Source of the DNA: Chloroflexota bacterium | Lineage (GTDB): Bacteria > Chloroflexota > Limnocylindria > P2-11E | Length of the DNA: 56,375 bases | Assembly: GCA_005879975.1 (NCBI GenBank) | Contig: VBIL01000037.1 | Span: forward strand, 1-56,375 | Direction: 5' to 3' | Part shown: piece after piece, positions 38,002 through 47,409 of the stretch | How the letters are laid out: each line of letters opens with the position of its first letter | How positions within the stretch are numbered: the first letter of the stretch is position 1 | Translations under genes and position numbers: made by a program | Notes under the pieces: generated by a model | Seen by the model: only the letters and a program-made list of their open reading frames with translations | Told to the model about the DNA's origin: nothing | The model's database searches: none

Positions 38002-40005
38002 TCAGTTCGCGAACTTGAACACGTTGGGCTGTAGTGTGACGCCGGTGTTCAGCTTCACGATCTCCGCGAGCGTGTGCCGGAAGTCCACGCCGAAGACCTG
38101 ATCGATAAGTCGCAGGCCTGGGTCGTTCTGATAGAAGAAGCGGTCGCCGTCGCGGATGGCCGCGAACTGCTTCTTCCACATCGCGAGCTGGAGCTCGCCG
38201 AACACCGTCCCGTTGACGTGGCGCTCGGAGACCATTCCGACGAACGCGTCGAGGCGGTCGACGTTGCCATAGATCGCCTTGAGTCGCGCGGCGACGGTCG
38301 AGCGCCGTACGCCGGTGACGACCTCTTCATCGGCCGCGTTGGTGCCGGGAGTGACGATGTTCCCGCTCGCGTCGCGGAGCTCGACGAAGTCAAGGATGTT
38401 CGGATCGTTGATCGGATCCCGCGGGTTGATCGCGGGATCGCTGGGGAATCGCTGGCTGCCCTCGCCGGTCACCGCGATGAACGATGTCTTTGGCGCGAGG
38501 CCATACGCGCGGCGCAGGTCGTTGTATAGAGGGATGCCATGATCGCGGCCACGCGCGATGTCTATCGCGCCAAGGTCGCTCACGCCGCTGAAGCAGTCGG
38601 GATTCACGATCGGCACGCCGCACACCGTCGGGTCGGGAACACCCGGCTTTGGGACTTGGAAGAGCACGCTGCGGAGCGCGTTGTCGATCTGCTCGTCGTT
38701 CTCGTATTGGCGCTGGCTGAGGCTCTGGAAGACCGGACCGAGTCCGAGATTCTGGAGAAGATCGGGGTTGCCGAACGCCGCCGCGAGTGGGATCTCGAGA
38801 TTGACTTGGTCACCGTCGGGCTCCACAACGACCTGCTGTGCCGCGAAAGCGGCGAGCTGCGCGTCGGTGTAAGTGCCGGCGGGAACGCTCGTGTCGAACT
38901 CGCCGTGGATCATGCTGTGCGCCCGGTAGCCGACGACCGCGAACTCGTTCGACAGGCCAGGGTTCACGGACGGGTCGTAGCCGTCGTACGGCTTCAGCCG
39001 AACCCCGAGCGCGGGCAGGAACTGGGTGTAGGTGATGTATTGGATCTCCGCACCGACCACTCGGCGCGCGATCTGGAATTTTTGCTCCGCCGAGAGGTAC
39101 TTGGGCAATTTGGCGACGATGCGGTTGTGTTCGCGCGCGAAGAGGGTGTGCAACGAGGTCAGGGCGATGTTCTCGTTGGCGCGCACATCGCCGGCGACCA
39201 CAGCGCGGTTCGGTGTCCCGACGAGCGGACCCATGAGATCCATGGCGGGCGCTTTGGAGGGATCGCCGCGGGCGGTCACCCGCGGCAGGAAGCCGTCCTT
39301 GGTGAGCAGGAGCCGGGCACTCTTGCTCGACCCCTCGTTATCGCCGGGGCCGTCGTTCGACATTTGGTCGGCGCGAGCGTCGTTGTTCGACCTGTCGTGG
39401 TCGATAGCCTCGTCGTTCGACCCGTTGTTGTCGAGCGGCCCTGCTCGCAGCCAGTCCAGGCGGGTCGCGTCGACGCCGTAGACGTTGGACGCGTCGATGA
39501 AGCTGCTGAGCGTGTTGATCTGCTGGCGGGCCGAGCTTACGCCCGTGCCGGGAGCCGCTGGGGTACGCGAGAAGGCGATCGCGCCGAAGTCGTTCCTGAA
39601 CTCCTCCAGCGGGTCCGCCGAGTCGAAACGGATGGCCGCGTTCTCCGCGGGCCGTTCATCCCTCAGACCGAAATCGTGATCGAGGAACTGCCCCCAGACC
39701 CAGCCCCACTGGGTGACGCCGTCCTTCGAGAAGATGTTCTGTCCGACATCGTTGAAGATCCGGTTGCTCACATAGCGGATTGATGGCCCGCCCACCATGG
39801 CCGAGATCCCGTCGGCGTAATTGGTGGGTGCAACTCGAAGGTAAAGTGTGTTCGCGCGACCCCACTCGGAATGACGAAGATTATTGCCACTCCCGTCGAG
39901 CGTTCGGAACGCGAATGAGGCCGCGTCGCCAGGGGTCGTGGTGACCGCGAGCACGACTATGGTGAGCGCGAGAGCGAAGACGCCCGAAACTCTCAGATCG
40001 CGCAT
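38002..40005 (-). CDS. Secreted heme peroxidase (peroxidase-cyclooxygenase superfamily)
   Basis: Signal peptide; RTLDGSGNNL, WGQFLDHD, FIDASNVYG, AGDVRANEN, FAREHNR, YRAHSMI, RGRDHGIPLYN, RDGDRFFY. Confidence 0.93.
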   Translation of the reverse strand: MRDLRVSGVFALALTIVVLAVTTTPGDAASFAFRTLDGSGNNLRHSEWGRANTLYLRVAPTNYADGISAMVGGPSIRYVSNRIFNDVGQNIFSKDGVTQWGWVWGQFLDHDFGLRDERPAENAAIRFDSADPLEEFRNDFGAIAFSRTPAAPGTGVSSARQQINTLSSFIDASNVYGVDATRLDWLRAGPLDNNGSNDEAIDHDRSNNDARADQMSNDGPGDNEGSSKSARLLLTKDGFLPRVTARGDPSKAPAMDLMGPLVGTPNRAVVAGDVRANENIALTSLHTLFAREHNRIVAKLPKYLSAEQKFQIARRVVGAEIQYITYTQFLPALGVRLKPYDGYDPSVNPGLSNEFAVVGYRAHSMIHGEFDTSVPAGTYTDAQLAAFAAQQVVVEPDGDQVNLEIPLAAAFGNPDLLQNLGLGPVFQSLSQRQYENDEQIDNALRSVLFQVPKPGVPDPTVCGVPIVNPDCFSGVSDLGAIDIARGRDHGIPLYNDLRRAYGLAPKTSFIAVTGEGSQRFPSDPAINPRDPINDPNILDFVELRDASGNIVTPGTNAADEEVVTGVRRSTVAARLKAIYGNVDRLDAFVGMVSERHVNGTVFGELQLAMWKKQFAAIRDGDRFFYQNDPGLRLIDQVFGVDFRHTLAEIVKLNTGVTLQPNVFKFAN
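39321..39440 (-). repeat. Degenerate 30-nt tandem repeat (4 copies) inside the peroxidase gene
   Basis: Forward-strand decamers ending TCGA at 39321, 39351, 39381, 39411; encodes Asp/Asn-rich 10-aa units. Confidence 0.7.
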
Positions 40006-40235
40006 ACGAACCTCCGTCCCTTCTCCCCTCGATCAAGGGTTCGGACGGATCACACGCTCACCCGACGAAGCGCCCCGACGCTGGCGCCGCTTCCCTCCCT
40101 TTGGTGGGTGAGCGGCTAACCCAGCCGAACTTCTATGCAATCAACGCGCGGTCATGAAAGCCACGTTATCGACGAGAGATAAGAGTTCGGGGTCAGAGGA
40201 TTAAGAAACACGGGGTCAGGTGACTGAAGTACCGG

Positions 40236-40309
40236 CGGGCCGTGCGCGGCTCGAACGCGCCCACTCCTACTTAGAAGGTAGGTGCTCTATCCAACTGAGC
40301 TAACGGCCC
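40236..40309 (-). tRNA. tRNA-Arg (anticodon TCT)
   Basis: Acceptor GGGCCGT/ACGGCCC, D arm GCTC/GAGC, anticodon arm CCTAC-CTTCTAA-GTAGG, T arm GCGCG-TTCGAGC-CGCGC; full CCA not encoded. Confidence 0.95.
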
Positions 40310-40353
40310 ATTCAGAAAGGGAGTCTACAGGCCGACGTGCTAGACATTCGCGC

Positions 40354-40885
40354 ATGCTCCGCCAGCTCGACCACGTCGTTATGGTGGTCCGCGACCTCGC
40401 AGCGGCGATGGACGACTACCGGCGGCGCGGATTCACCGTCACTCCGGGCGGCGAGCACGCTGACGGCCTCACCCACAACGCGCTGATCCCGTTCGCGGAC
40501 GGAAGCTATCTCGAGCTCGTCGCTCCTCTCCGACGACCTGGCCGCGGACACCGCCGCGCTCGGCGAGCTCGTTGCGCACCCTCCGGCACAGGGCGGGCGG
40601 ACCCGTCCCGACGGGACGCCGCTCAAGTGGCGGACGGCGATACTCGTGCCTCCGCTCCCCTTCCTCATCGAGGACCTCACCCCACGCGATCTCCGCGTCC
40701 CGGGTGGCGCACAGATGCAGCACGCCAACGGGGCGACCGGCCTTGAGCTCGTCGCGATCGGCGCGCAAGACGTCGCCGAGACCGAATGGGGATACGCGAA
40801 GCTTCGCGAACGTGGCGCGCCTACGATCGAGCTCCGGCCAGCGGAGACGGATGGCCCGAAGGACATCCGTTTCAAGGTCAGCTAG
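40354..40885 (+). pseudogene. VOC/glyoxalase-like protein with deletion and frameshift near 40523
   Basis: LDHVVMVVRDL, GGEH, THNALI, YLELVA; then in another frame GGRTRPDG..LKWR, LPFLIED, HANGA. Confidence 0.8.
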
Positions 40886-42267
40886 CGGGGCGAGTGGATC
40901 GGCCGCCCAAGAGCTGAGAGCGACGCCTCGCGGAACGCTTCGGCGAGCGTCGGGTGCGCGTGGATCGTCGCCGCTACATCTTCAACGGTCGCCTCGAGCC
41001 GCATCGCGAGCGTGGCCTCGGCGATGAGCTCGCTCGCCTGCGGCCCGACGATATGCACACCGATGATGCGCTGATCCTTGCCCGCGGTGACGATCTTCGT
41101 CAGACCGTCGCTCTCGCCGAGAGCGAGAGCACGGCCCGATCCGCGGAAGCTGTAGCGCGCGACCTTGGTCTCGGCTCCGTACTTCTCCTTGGCCTGCGCC
41201 TCGGTCAGGCCGACCTGCGCCACCTCCGGGTGCGTGTACACGACGTTCGGCACGACGTCGTAATCCATGGCGACGTCCGCGCCCAGGATGGTGTCGACAG
41301 CGACCTCGCCCTGCGTCGACGCGACGTGGGCGAGCTTTGCGGCGCGCGGATCACCGATGCAATCGCCGATCGCCCAGACGCCGGGGATGTTCGTTCGCAT
41401 CCGCTCATCGACGGTGATCCCGAGCCGATTGGTCACCAGGCCCGCCTGCTCGACGCCGGAGAGGTTCGCGACGCGGCCGGCGCCGAGGAGGACCTGATCC
41501 CCCTCGAACGTCTCCTGCTTCCCCTCGATCTCGGCGGCGACCGTGACGCGCGGACCGTCTCGGCGAACCTCGGTCACCTTCGCGTTCGGACGGATCTTCA
41601 CGCCGCGGGACTCGAGGGAGCGCACGAGGGTCCTGACCACATCGGCGTCCGCGTACGCGATCGGCTGCGGAAGCATCTCGAGCACGGTCACGTCGGAGCC
41701 GATCTCGGCGAAGAATGTCCCTAGCTCCAACCCAATGGCGCCGCCGCCGATCACGATCAGACGCTTCGGGACCTCGGTCAGGGCGAGGGCGCTCACGTTA
41801 TCGAGGGGCTTCGCCTCGGCGAGGCCCTTGATCGGCGGCATCCCGACCTTCGAGCCCGTCGCGACGATCACGGCCTTCGCGTCGATGGTCTCCTGGCCGA
41901 CGCGCAGCTGCGTCGGCGAGATGAGCGTTCCTTCGCCCTTGATCAGGTCGGCCTTACGGCCTTTGAGGAGCACTTCAACGCCGGAGACCAGCTGCGCAAC
42001 GACCCGGTCCTTACGCGCGACGGCCGCGGCGAGCTCGAAGCGCGCCCCTTCGACGTGTATCCCGTGCTCCTCGCCGTGCGTCGCGAGCCAGTACGCGTGG
42101 CTCGAGTCGAGAAGGGCTTTCGATGGGATGCAGCCGACGGTCACACAGATCCCACCGACGCGGTCGCGCTCGACGAGCGCGACCTTCGCGCCCTTCACTG
42201 CCGCGTGTAACGCGGCGACATAACCGCCGGGGCCACCGCCCAAGATCGCGATGTCGTACGCCGCCAC
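40882..42267 (-). CDS. lpdA: Dihydrolipoyl dehydrogenase
   Basis: GGGPGGYVAA, GGICVTVGCIPSK, GGGAIGLE, IHAHPTLAE. Confidence 0.96.
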   Translation of the reverse strand: MAAYDIAILGGGPGGYVAALHAAVKGAKVALVERDRVGGICVTVGCIPSKALLDSSHAYWLATHGEEHGIHVEGARFELAAAVARKDRVVAQLVSGVEVLLKGRKADLIKGEGTLISPTQLRVGQETIDAKAVIVATGSKVGMPPIKGLAEAKPLDNVSALALTEVPKRLIVIGGGAIGLELGTFFAEIGSDVTVLEMLPQPIAYADADVVRTLVRSLESRGVKIRPNAKVTEVRRDGPRVTVAAEIEGKQETFEGDQVLLGAGRVANLSGVEQAGLVTNRLGITVDERMRTNIPGVWAIGDCIGDPRAAKLAHVASTQGEVAVDTILGADVAMDYDVVPNVVYTHPEVAQVGLTEAQAKEKYGAETKVARYSFRGSGRALALGESDGLTKIVTAGKDQRIIGVHIVGPQASELIAEATLAMRLEATVEDVAATIHAHPTLAEAFREASLSALGRPIHSPR

Positions 42268-42629
42268 TAGGAAAAGAGCCTAGGGTCTTCGGACGCGTCA
42301 CGCTCCAGCGGATGATCGAAATAGCCGTACCTCGCGCGGTACCAGAGATAGAGCGGGAGGAACGCGAGGCCGAGTCGCTCGTATTGCGCGACATGCCGAA
42401 GCTCATGTCGCCAGGTCGCCGGTGTCGGCTCGACATTCGAGACAATGACATGCCCGAAGGTGATCGCGCCGAACCCACGACGCGTCAGGATGAGATTTGC
42501 GAGACCGCGGTCGCTCACATAGAGGAAGCAGCCGTCGCGCCGGCGCGGCCACGCGATCGAGAGCAGACCCACCAGATGGCCGATGGGATCGGCATGATGC
42601 GCGACGAAAAGCCGGCGGAGTGTGATGGC
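42267..42629 (-). CDS. Small zincin-like protein (HExxH); start uncertain
   Basis: GAITFGHV, RHELRHVAQY, YFDHPLERDA. First GTG is 42572, but the frame is open back to the TAG of the upstream gene. Confidence 0.75.
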   Translation of the reverse strand, partial: AITLRRLFVAHHADPIGHLVGLLSIAWPRRRDGCFLYVSDRGLANLILTRRGFGAITFGHVIVSNVEPTPATWRHELRHVAQYERLGLAFLPLYLWYRARYGYFDHPLERDASEDPRLFS

Positions 42630-42953
42630 CTACGGGATGGTCGCGACGACCTCGTCGACCGCCGCGAGCACCCGCTCGCGCGTCGTGAAGGACGAGTCGA
42701 AGTGCAGCGTCAGGAGCTTCTCTTTGCGATTCACGTCGACCGAGGCCACACCCGGGATGCTCTTGCAGCCGGCAATGATGTGCTCCGCGCAGCTCTGGCA
42801 GATGAGCTCGAGCACATTCACAGCGACCTCGTCGTTCGCAGCACTCGCGAGGACTTGCACCGGCGGGAGATCCCGGGCAGCGGTCCGCGGCGCGGGAGCG
42901 CAGGCGCCGAGCATCAGCCCCAAGGCGAGGACCAAGCGTAGGCCCGAGCGCAC
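42630..42953 (-). CDS. Lipoprotein with heavy-metal-associated (HMA) domain
   Basis: Lipobox LGAC; LICQSCAEHI...IPGVASVDVN. Confidence 0.85.
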   Translation of the reverse strand: MRSGLRLVLALGLMLGACAPAPRTAARDLPPVQVLASAANDEVAVNVLELICQSCAEHIIAGCKSIPGVASVDVNRKEKLLTLHFDSSFTTRERVLAAVDEVVATIP

Positions 42954-42996
42954 GCTGACATTGTGCGCCCGGGCCTCTCGTCGCTAGGGAGCAGGG

Positions 42997-43179
42997 TTAG
43001 CGATCGGCGCGCTCTTCGCGAAGCTCTTCCTTGACCTCGCCGAGGCCTTCCTTGAGCTTGCCCTTGGCCTGGTCGACCTTGCCGCCGATCTCGGTCGACT
43101 TATCGCCGCCGAGCTTGCCGGCCTCTTCCTTGACCTTACCTTTGCCCTGTTCCCACTTGCCTTCGATCTTGTCGTCCAT
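42997..43179 (-). CDS. csbD: CsbD family stress protein
   Basis: DKIEGKWEQGKGKVKEEAGKL..GKVDQAKGK; AAGGAGGT RBS. Confidence 0.92.
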   Translation of the reverse strand: MDDKIEGKWEQGKGKVKEEAGKLGGDKSTEIGGKVDQAKGKLKEGLGEVKEELREERADR

Positions 43180-43339
43180 TCGTACCTCCTTGAACTCCCA
43201 CTTGTCGGTGGGCCGAACAAGAAGGCGCAAATCCGGTGCCACCAGCCACCTGGCGTTATAGACCGCGTTTCGCGGCCATCACGGATGTGTATCGAACAAG
43301 CAATTTGACCGACGCGGCGGCTCGCCTATCGTCCGCCGG

Positions 43340-44356
43340 ATGATCGCTGGGGACACGGACACCATCAGCGCGCGGCTGCCCGATAAGTACCGTGCACGGC
43401 CGTTTGAAGATCGCGACCGCGAGCCGCTGGTCGAGGAGCACAACACGGACGCGCATCCGATGGAATACCAGGACGCCGAAGAGTGGCGCATGTGGGAGCG
43501 CATGGCGCCGGACCCGACGCAGATCCGGATCGTCGTCGAAGGTCCGAGCGCCCTAGCCGCGACGGCGCACGTGGGAGCGGGCGCGCTCATGCGGCACCCC
43601 GACAATGCCCAGAACGGCGGCGTGAGCGTCTTCCGCGCCGACCGCGGCAAGGGGATCGGTTCGGCCTTGCTCGGCGCGATCGAAGATGAGGCGCGTCGGC
43701 GGAGCGCGCCGCGGCTGCTCGCAGGTGCCAGCGCCGCGCATCCCTTCGCGCTTGAATGGGCCCGAAAGCGCGGATACCGCGAGATCGGCCGCCGGATCGA
43801 GTCCTATGTCGAGCTCGCCACGTTCGAGCCGGCGCCATTCGCGGCGCGCGTGGCCCAGGTCAGGGCGTCGGGCCTTCAGCTTCGGACATTCGCGGAGGTG
43901 CTCGAGGGCCGGAGCGACGAGGACCGTGAAGCGTTCTTCCGCGCGGTGTATGAAGCTCAGCATCCGATCTGGGAGGACGTCCCGTGGGCCACCCGGACGG
44001 AGCCCTGGACGTACGAGCAATTCCGTCACATGACATTCGGCACAGGACAGCTGATCGCCGACGCCTCAGTCATCGCGTACGACGGCGAGCGGATCGCGGG
44101 CTTCACCACCACCGGGAGGCGTCAGAGCAAAGACGCGTACACGTGGATCACCGGCACCACTCGCGAGTACCGCGGTCGCGGACTCGCGACCGCCATGAAG
44201 GTGGATGCTCTGTCACGGGCGAAGGCCAAGGGCCTGCGCGCGATGCTGACGACAAACGACGAACCGAACGTGGCCATGCGCGGGATCAACGCCAAGCTCG
44301 GCTACCAGATGCTCCCGGCGCACGTGCAGCTGGAGAAGACGCTCTCGCGCTCGTGA
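43340..44356 (+). CDS. Tandem GNAT N-acetyltransferase
   Basis: Two motif-A segments (RGKGIGSAL, YRGRGLATAMK) and NVAMRGINAKLGY. Confidence 0.9.
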   Translation: MIAGDTDTISARLPDKYRARPFEDRDREPLVEEHNTDAHPMEYQDAEEWRMWERMAPDPTQIRIVVEGPSALAATAHVGAGALMRHPDNAQNGGVSVFRADRGKGIGSALLGAIEDEARRRSAPRLLAGASAAHPFALEWARKRGYREIGRRIESYVELATFEPAPFAARVAQVRASGLQLRTFAEVLEGRSDEDREAFFRAVYEAQHPIWEDVPWATRTEPWTYEQFRHMTFGTGQLIADASVIAYDGERIAGFTTTGRRQSKDAYTWITGTTREYRGRGLATAMKVDALSRAKAKGLRAMLTTNDEPNVAMRGINAKLGYQMLPAHVQLEKTLSRS

Positions 44357-45555
44357 TCGGGCGCCTCGCGGCGCTGCGCTCGCTCCCAGCTCCGCTCGCC
44401 ATCCTCGCGGGCATGACCTTCGTCTCGAGCCTGGGGATCTCGATGATGCTCCCCCTCCTTCCGCTCTATGGGCTCGCGCTCGGTGCGACGCCGGTGCAGC
44501 TCGGGCTCATGACGAGCGCCTTCGCAATCGCGAACGCGGTGTCGCAGTTCGGGACGGGGTTCCTGAACGATCGCTTCGGCCCGCGCACATTCATCGCGGC
44601 GGGGATCGCGACGTACGGCGCCGCGAACGCCCTGATCGCCGCGGCACCGAGCGCGGGCGCGCTCATCGCCTTTCGCGCGGTCGCCGGATTCGGTGCCGGC
44701 GCGAACCTGGTGTCGGCCCGGCTCTACATCGCCCACGTCTCCGACCGCGCCCGCCTCTCTTTCGCGAACAGCATCATCTCGGCGGCGAGCTCCGCGGGCA
44801 ATGTCGCCGGTCCCGCGATCGGTGGGCTGCTCGCGGCGGCGTTCACCTTGCGCGCCCCGTTCCTGGCTGTCGCGGCCACCAGCGCAGTCGCGTTCGTCGC
44901 CGCGCTCTTCCTGCCTCGGCCGGTCGTCGCAGAGTCGCGCGAGCAGGCGCATGCGGAGAGCGGGGCATTCATCGATCGGCAGGTGCTCGTGCTGCTCGTT
45001 TCGAACTTCCTGATCAGCACCGCGTTCGGTGGGTGGATCACGAGTTACGCGCCGTACGCGACCGAGCGCCTGGGCTGGACCACCTTCGAGGTCGGGATCC
45101 TCTTCACGCTCTTCGCCGTCGGCGACATCACGCTCGGCCCCTGGCTCGGACGACTCGCCGACCGGACCGGCCGCAAGCGCATCGCCGTCGCGGCGGGATT
45201 GCCGGTGGCGCTCTTCGGCATCGCGCTCGTCGCCGGCTTTCCGCGGCCCGCTCTCTACGCGACGGCATACCTCGCCGGAGCCGGCCTCACGGCGTTCTTC
45301 TCGTCCTGGTACGCGCTTCTCACGCTCGCGGTGCCGGCGGTCCGCCGCGGTCGCGTCTTCGGTGTGGTCAGCGCGATCGGCAACGTGGGGACCGTCGCGG
45401 GCGCCCTTGGGGCGGCCGCGATCTGGCAGAACGTCGACCTCGGCCTGGCACTGCTCCTCGCGTCGATGACCGCGCTGGCCGCGAGCCTGACGCTAAGCCT
45501 CCTGCCTGGCGAACGGGAACCGGCCGGAAACACACTCGCACCGGCCTCGCTCTAG
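44353..45555 (+). CDS. MFS transporter (DHA1-like)
   Basis: LPLLPLY, DRFGPR, GPAIGG, GRLADRTGRKR. Confidence 0.9.
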   Translation: MIGRLAALRSLPAPLAILAGMTFVSSLGISMMLPLLPLYGLALGATPVQLGLMTSAFAIANAVSQFGTGFLNDRFGPRTFIAAGIATYGAANALIAAAPSAGALIAFRAVAGFGAGANLVSARLYIAHVSDRARLSFANSIISAASSAGNVAGPAIGGLLAAAFTLRAPFLAVAATSAVAFVAALFLPRPVVAESREQAHAESGAFIDRQVLVLLVSNFLISTAFGGWITSYAPYATERLGWTTFEVGILFTLFAVGDITLGPWLGRLADRTGRKRIAVAAGLPVALFGIALVAGFPRPALYATAYLAGAGLTAFFSSWYALLTLAVPAVRRGRVFGVVSAIGNVGTVAGALGAAAIWQNVDLGLALLLASMTALAASLTLSLLPGEREPAGNTLAPASL

Positions 45556-45565
45556 CCTGCTGGTC

Positions 45566-45757
45566 GTGGCTAGCGAGGATCCCGTCGGATCGATGCTCAT
45601 CCTCGGCTCAGCGGTCTGCGTCCTCGCCGCGATGTACGTCGTCTGCTACACGTTCTTCATGGCGAACTGGGAAGGCTGGGAGTCATGGCATGCCCGAACC
45701 GGACTCGACGCCGACCGTGCCGAAGAGGAACGCTCAAAGAGACGCGGGCTGAAATAG
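45566..45757 (+). CDS. Small single-TM protein
   Basis: 63 aa; TAGCCT 7 nt before GTG; followed by a terminator. Confidence 0.6.
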   Translation: MASEDPVGSMLILGSAVCVLAAMYVVCYTFFMANWEGWESWHARTGLDADRAEEERSKRRGLK

Positions 45758-45789
45758 AAAAAGAGGGAGGCTGAAGCCTCCCTCTCTTC
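45758..45789. terminator. Bidirectional intrinsic terminator
   Basis: AGAGGGAGGCT/AGCCTCCCTCT stem with an A-tract (U-tail on the minus strand). Confidence 0.8.
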
Positions 45790-45804
45790 GTATTCGCGAA
45801 TGAC

Positions 45805-47307
45805 TCAGTCCGCGGGTGTCGCTTCGGTCACCATGCCGCGCTCTTCGCCACCGACCTCCGACCAGATCTTGACGTTCTTCGGCTCGTGGAGGAACAGCGT
45901 GCCGACGACCACCGACATGACCGCGACGGTGATCACGTACGCCAGTCCGAGATAGATGTTGCCGTTGATGTCCCCGGTCGTATTCAGGTTGCGCAGGTCG
46001 AAGAGGCCGAGCCACGGGACGTAGCGCTTCTCGTCCGGGATGGTGGCGCCGACGAGACCCGTGTAGGTCAGCGGCAGCAGGCCGCCGAACCAGCCGTTCC
46101 CGAAGTGGTACGGGATGGAGAGCGAGGTGTAGCGGACCTTCGCGCGGAAGTACTCCACGAGGAACGCCGCGATGGGCCCGTAGACCATCGTCACGAAGAT
46201 CACCTGGATCCAGATCAGGAACACCATGACCGGGACGTTCGGGTCCGACTTCGTGATCAGGCCTGTTGCGTCGCGCGTGACGTTCGCCGCATCCACCATC
46301 GCGTGGTAGATCGGGATGTATGTGATGGCCGCGATGAGGCAGCCGCCCAGGATGATGACCTTTCGGCCGATGCGGTCGGAGAGCCAGCCGAAAACGAGGA
46401 AGAACGGTGTTCCGAGGGCCACCGCCCACAGCATGATCGGGTATGCCTGCTGGAACGAGAACTTGAGGTACGTGCCCATGAAGAAGTTCGCTTGGAACTG
46501 GCCCTGGTACCAGACCACACCCTGACCCGCCGTGAGGCCGATCAGGACGAGCAGGATCGTGCCGACCTTGCGGCCGCTGAAGCTCTCTGAAGCCCAGTTG
46601 CCCGCGCCGGTGACCACTTTCTTCTGCTCCTTGAGGCGCGCGAAGAGCGGCGTCTCGCGGAGACGGATGCGGATGAAGAGCGCGATCACGACGAGGACGG
46701 CCGAGATCCAGAAGGGATAGCGCCAGCCCTGCGCCGCGAAATCGGCGGCGGTCATCGTGTTGCGGAAGTACAGGATGATCGCGAGCGCGAAGAAGAAGCC
46801 GAGCGTCGCGGTCGTCTGGATCCACGACGTGTACAGACCACGTTTGTTGTCGGGCGCGTGCTCGGCCACGTAGATGGCCGCGCCGCCGTACTCGCCGCCA
46901 AGCGCCAGCCCCTGGATGATCCGAAGCAGCACGAGGAGCGCCGGGGCCGCGAGGCCGATCTGCGCGTACGTGGGGATCAGCCCCATGAGGACGGTGGCGA
47001 GTCCCATTGCCGTGATCGTGACGAGGAAGGTGTATTTCCGGCCGATGATGTCGCCGAGCGCGCCGAAAACGACGGCTCCGAACGGCCGGACGAGGAAGCC
47101 CGCGGCGTACGTCGCGAATCCCGCGAGCTGCACCGCCGTCGGGTTGTCACCGGGGAAGAAGAGCGGCGACAGGAACGGAGTGAGCGTCGCGTACAGGTAG
47201 AAGTCGTACCACTCGACGATCGTCCCGGCGGACGCGGCGGAGATGACGAAGGGCAAGCCGTACGTTGGTCTGGTCGCCACGCGTGTGGCGGCGGTCGTCG
47301 TTGCCAA
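45805..47307 (-). CDS. MHS-family MFS metabolite:H+ symporter
   Basis: EWYDFYLY, RPFGAVVFG, GGEYGGAA, ETPLF, RYTSLS; TTG start after AGGAGG. Confidence 0.92.
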   Translation of the reverse strand: MATTTAATRVATRPTYGLPFVISAASAGTIVEWYDFYLYATLTPFLSPLFFPGDNPTAVQLAGFATYAAGFLVRPFGAVVFGALGDIIGRKYTFLVTITAMGLATVLMGLIPTYAQIGLAAPALLVLLRIIQGLALGGEYGGAAIYVAEHAPDNKRGLYTSWIQTTATLGFFFALAIILYFRNTMTAADFAAQGWRYPFWISAVLVVIALFIRIRLRETPLFARLKEQKKVVTGAGNWASESFSGRKVGTILLVLIGLTAGQGVVWYQGQFQANFFMGTYLKFSFQQAYPIMLWAVALGTPFFLVFGWLSDRIGRKVIILGGCLIAAITYIPIYHAMVDAANVTRDATGLITKSDPNVPVMVFLIWIQVIFVTMVYGPIAAFLVEYFRAKVRYTSLSIPYHFGNGWFGGLLPLTYTGLVGATIPDEKRYVPWLGLFDLRNLNTTGDINGNIYLGLAYVITVAVMSVVVGTLFLHEPKNVKIWSEVGGEERGMVTEATPAD

Positions 47308-47409
47308 GGTCCCCCTCCTTGCGTTGAGCTTCGAAAGACGAGTCGATCCGTCAGTGCTCGCTTGCTTGGCCGTCACCTCCCACCAGCTTCGCTACTGGCA
47401 ACGGATAGC

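Noticed and set aside
40200-40320. Integrated mobile element at tRNA-Arg
   Set aside because: No integrase, transposase or duplicated tRNA 3' end was seen in the window.
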